DNA from: Candidatus Nanohaloarchaea archaeon
Lineage (GTDB): Archaea > Nanohalarchaeota > Nanosalinia > Nanosalinales > Nanosalinaceae
DNA length: 64,000 nucleotides
Assembly (NCBI GenBank): GCA_041640035.1
Contig: JBEQBC010000002.1
Coordinates: 105,580-169,579 of the forward strand
Direction: 5' to 3'
Positions 63,243-64,000 of this stretch are shown piece by piece. Each line of letters begins with the position of its first letter. Positions within the stretch are counted from its first letter, which is position 1. A program made the translations under genes and the position numbers. The notes below the pieces were generated by a model. It made no database searches. It was not told where the DNA came from and worked only from the letters and a program-made list of their open reading frames with translations.

Positions 63243-64000
63243 TTATTTGTTGTTCTGGACATCTGTCTCGACTTCGATATCTTCAAGTGCCTCCAGCGCC
63301 TTCGGTGATACGAAAGCTAGGTCCTGCCAGTCCTTGGTCATCCTTGGACATGCGCAGTTGACATAGATATCGATGCCGTATCCTTTGTAGTCTGACTCGA
63401 AGATTCTGTCTTCCACGAAGATGTAGACATCTTTGCCCATACTTTCAAGTTTCTCCTTCGCGATCTGTACTGCCTGCATGTAGTTCTGTCCTTTCTTGCT
63501 TGAGGTGACTATACCCCATTTCTTCTTGTCTTTGTGCTTCAGTACGCGTGCGTATTCAGCTTGCATCTCGTTTTCCAAGCTGTTTGCTGGTTCTACCCAG
63601 ATGTGTTCTTCGTATGGGTCGACTACATAGACTTTTTTGCCTGCTTCGCTGACCTGTGAAGGGTGGAAGTGTCCTGAGCCGAGGAATACGAATGCGTCGA
63701 CTTTGTGTGCGATGTTGTGTGCTGCGCCTGCGTCACATCCCAGTACTTGTCCTGGTTCGCTGGTCCGCAGTCCGGTTTTTCCATCGACTACTTCGTACCC
63801 TTTGTCTTCTAGGAATTCTCGGGCTTTTTCGGCTCTGTCCATGTACTGTGTTACTCCGACGAGTCCGACTGTTTCTTCCTCAATTTCATTATAATGTTCT
63901 TCTAGAACGCCCATGAGGTCTCTGTCTTCTCTGTATGGCAGGTAGAATACATCGTAGTCCTTCATCTGCTGTTTTTCAGGGTGAAGAAATCTTGTGTGCC
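63243..64000 (-). CDS. dph2: Diphthamide synthesis radical-SAM enzyme Dph2 (5' end outside the window)
   Basis: PGQVLGCDAGAA, FLGSGHFHP and YVNCACPRM match domains 2-3 of archaeal Dph2. The frame stays open upstream of the track's Met to the window edge (…HTRFLHPEKQQMKDY…), so the gene is truncated by the window and is not a short variant. Confidence 0.8.
   Translation of the reverse strand, partial: HTRFLHPEKQQMKDYDVFYLPYREDRDLMGVLEEHYNEIEEETVGLVGVTQYMDRAEKAREFLEDKGYEVVDGKTGLRTSEPGQVLGCDAGAAHNIAHKVDAFVFLGSGHFHPSQVSEAGKKVYVVDPYEEHIWVEPANSLENEMQAEYARVLKHKDKKKWGIVTSSKKGQNYMQAVQIAKEKLESMGKDVYIFVEDRIFESDYKGYGIDIYVNCACPRMTKDWQDLAFVSPKALEALEDIEVETDVQNNK

Noticed and set aside
63243-63965. Apparent short (240-aa) Dph2 lacking domain 1
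   Set aside because: The reading frame remains open from the first Met to the window edge (…HTRFLHPEKQQ-M…), and that sequence resembles the end of Dph2 domain 1. The truncation is therefore a window artefact.

Overview
This is an archaeal chromosome segment. Archaea-specific r-proteins (eL19, eL32, eS4), aSUI1, RNase P protein Rpp29, Cbf5, RtcB/archease and the diphthamide genes show that directly. The predicted proteins are extremely D/E-rich. GC looks low-to-mid 40s % by eye. Genes are tightly packed, with many 1-8 nt overlaps, GGAGGTG-type Shine-Dalgarno motifs and several TTG/GTG starts. Together this fits a small-genome salt-in halophile such as a Nanohaloarchaeota/DPANN-type organism, but that assignment is inference only.

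The window has two parts.

(1) About 34.3-64 kb is conserved housekeeping:
- pelota, HtrA, a CPA2 antiporter with a CBS partner, tRNA-Ser(UGA), an HD hydrolase and Cbf5;
- a DUF106/YidC-like insertase and SecY;
- a 24-gene minus-strand block running uL3 to uL15 (22 ribosomal-protein genes plus aSUI1 and Rpp29);
- RtcB-archease-Cmk, an IMPDH/GMPR-family enzyme, tRNA-Asp(GUC), a flavin oxidoreductase and Dph2 (cut by the window end).

(2) About 0-34.3 kb is dominated by cell-envelope genes with no function I can assign:
- a type IV pilus-like ATPase/platform/mini-pilin locus;
- a two-part operon array (7.8-14.5 kb) encoding a private family of signal-peptide/His-Gly-Gly/3-TM proteins with very long coiled coils, small Gly-zipper proteins and an embedded ATP-grasp ligase;
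- a mosaic family of acidic proteins with twin-arginine motifs, followed by a 1381-aa repeat-built surface protein and a 586-aa Ig-repeat protein;
- a cluster (26.7-34.3 kb) of three paralogous lipobox proteins, a 963-aa polytopic protein with a Cys-rich ectodomain, and a 376-aa three-repeat protein.

The two gene arrays at 7.8-14.5 kb and 26.7-34.3 kb are my best candidates for an undescribed envelope or cell-contact system. A roughly 190-nt structured RNA/leader between rnp1 and rps17 is the best non-coding candidate. I saw no CRISPR array, rRNA gene or recognisable mobile element. Many long ORFs in the six-frame track are antisense shadows of acidic genes.
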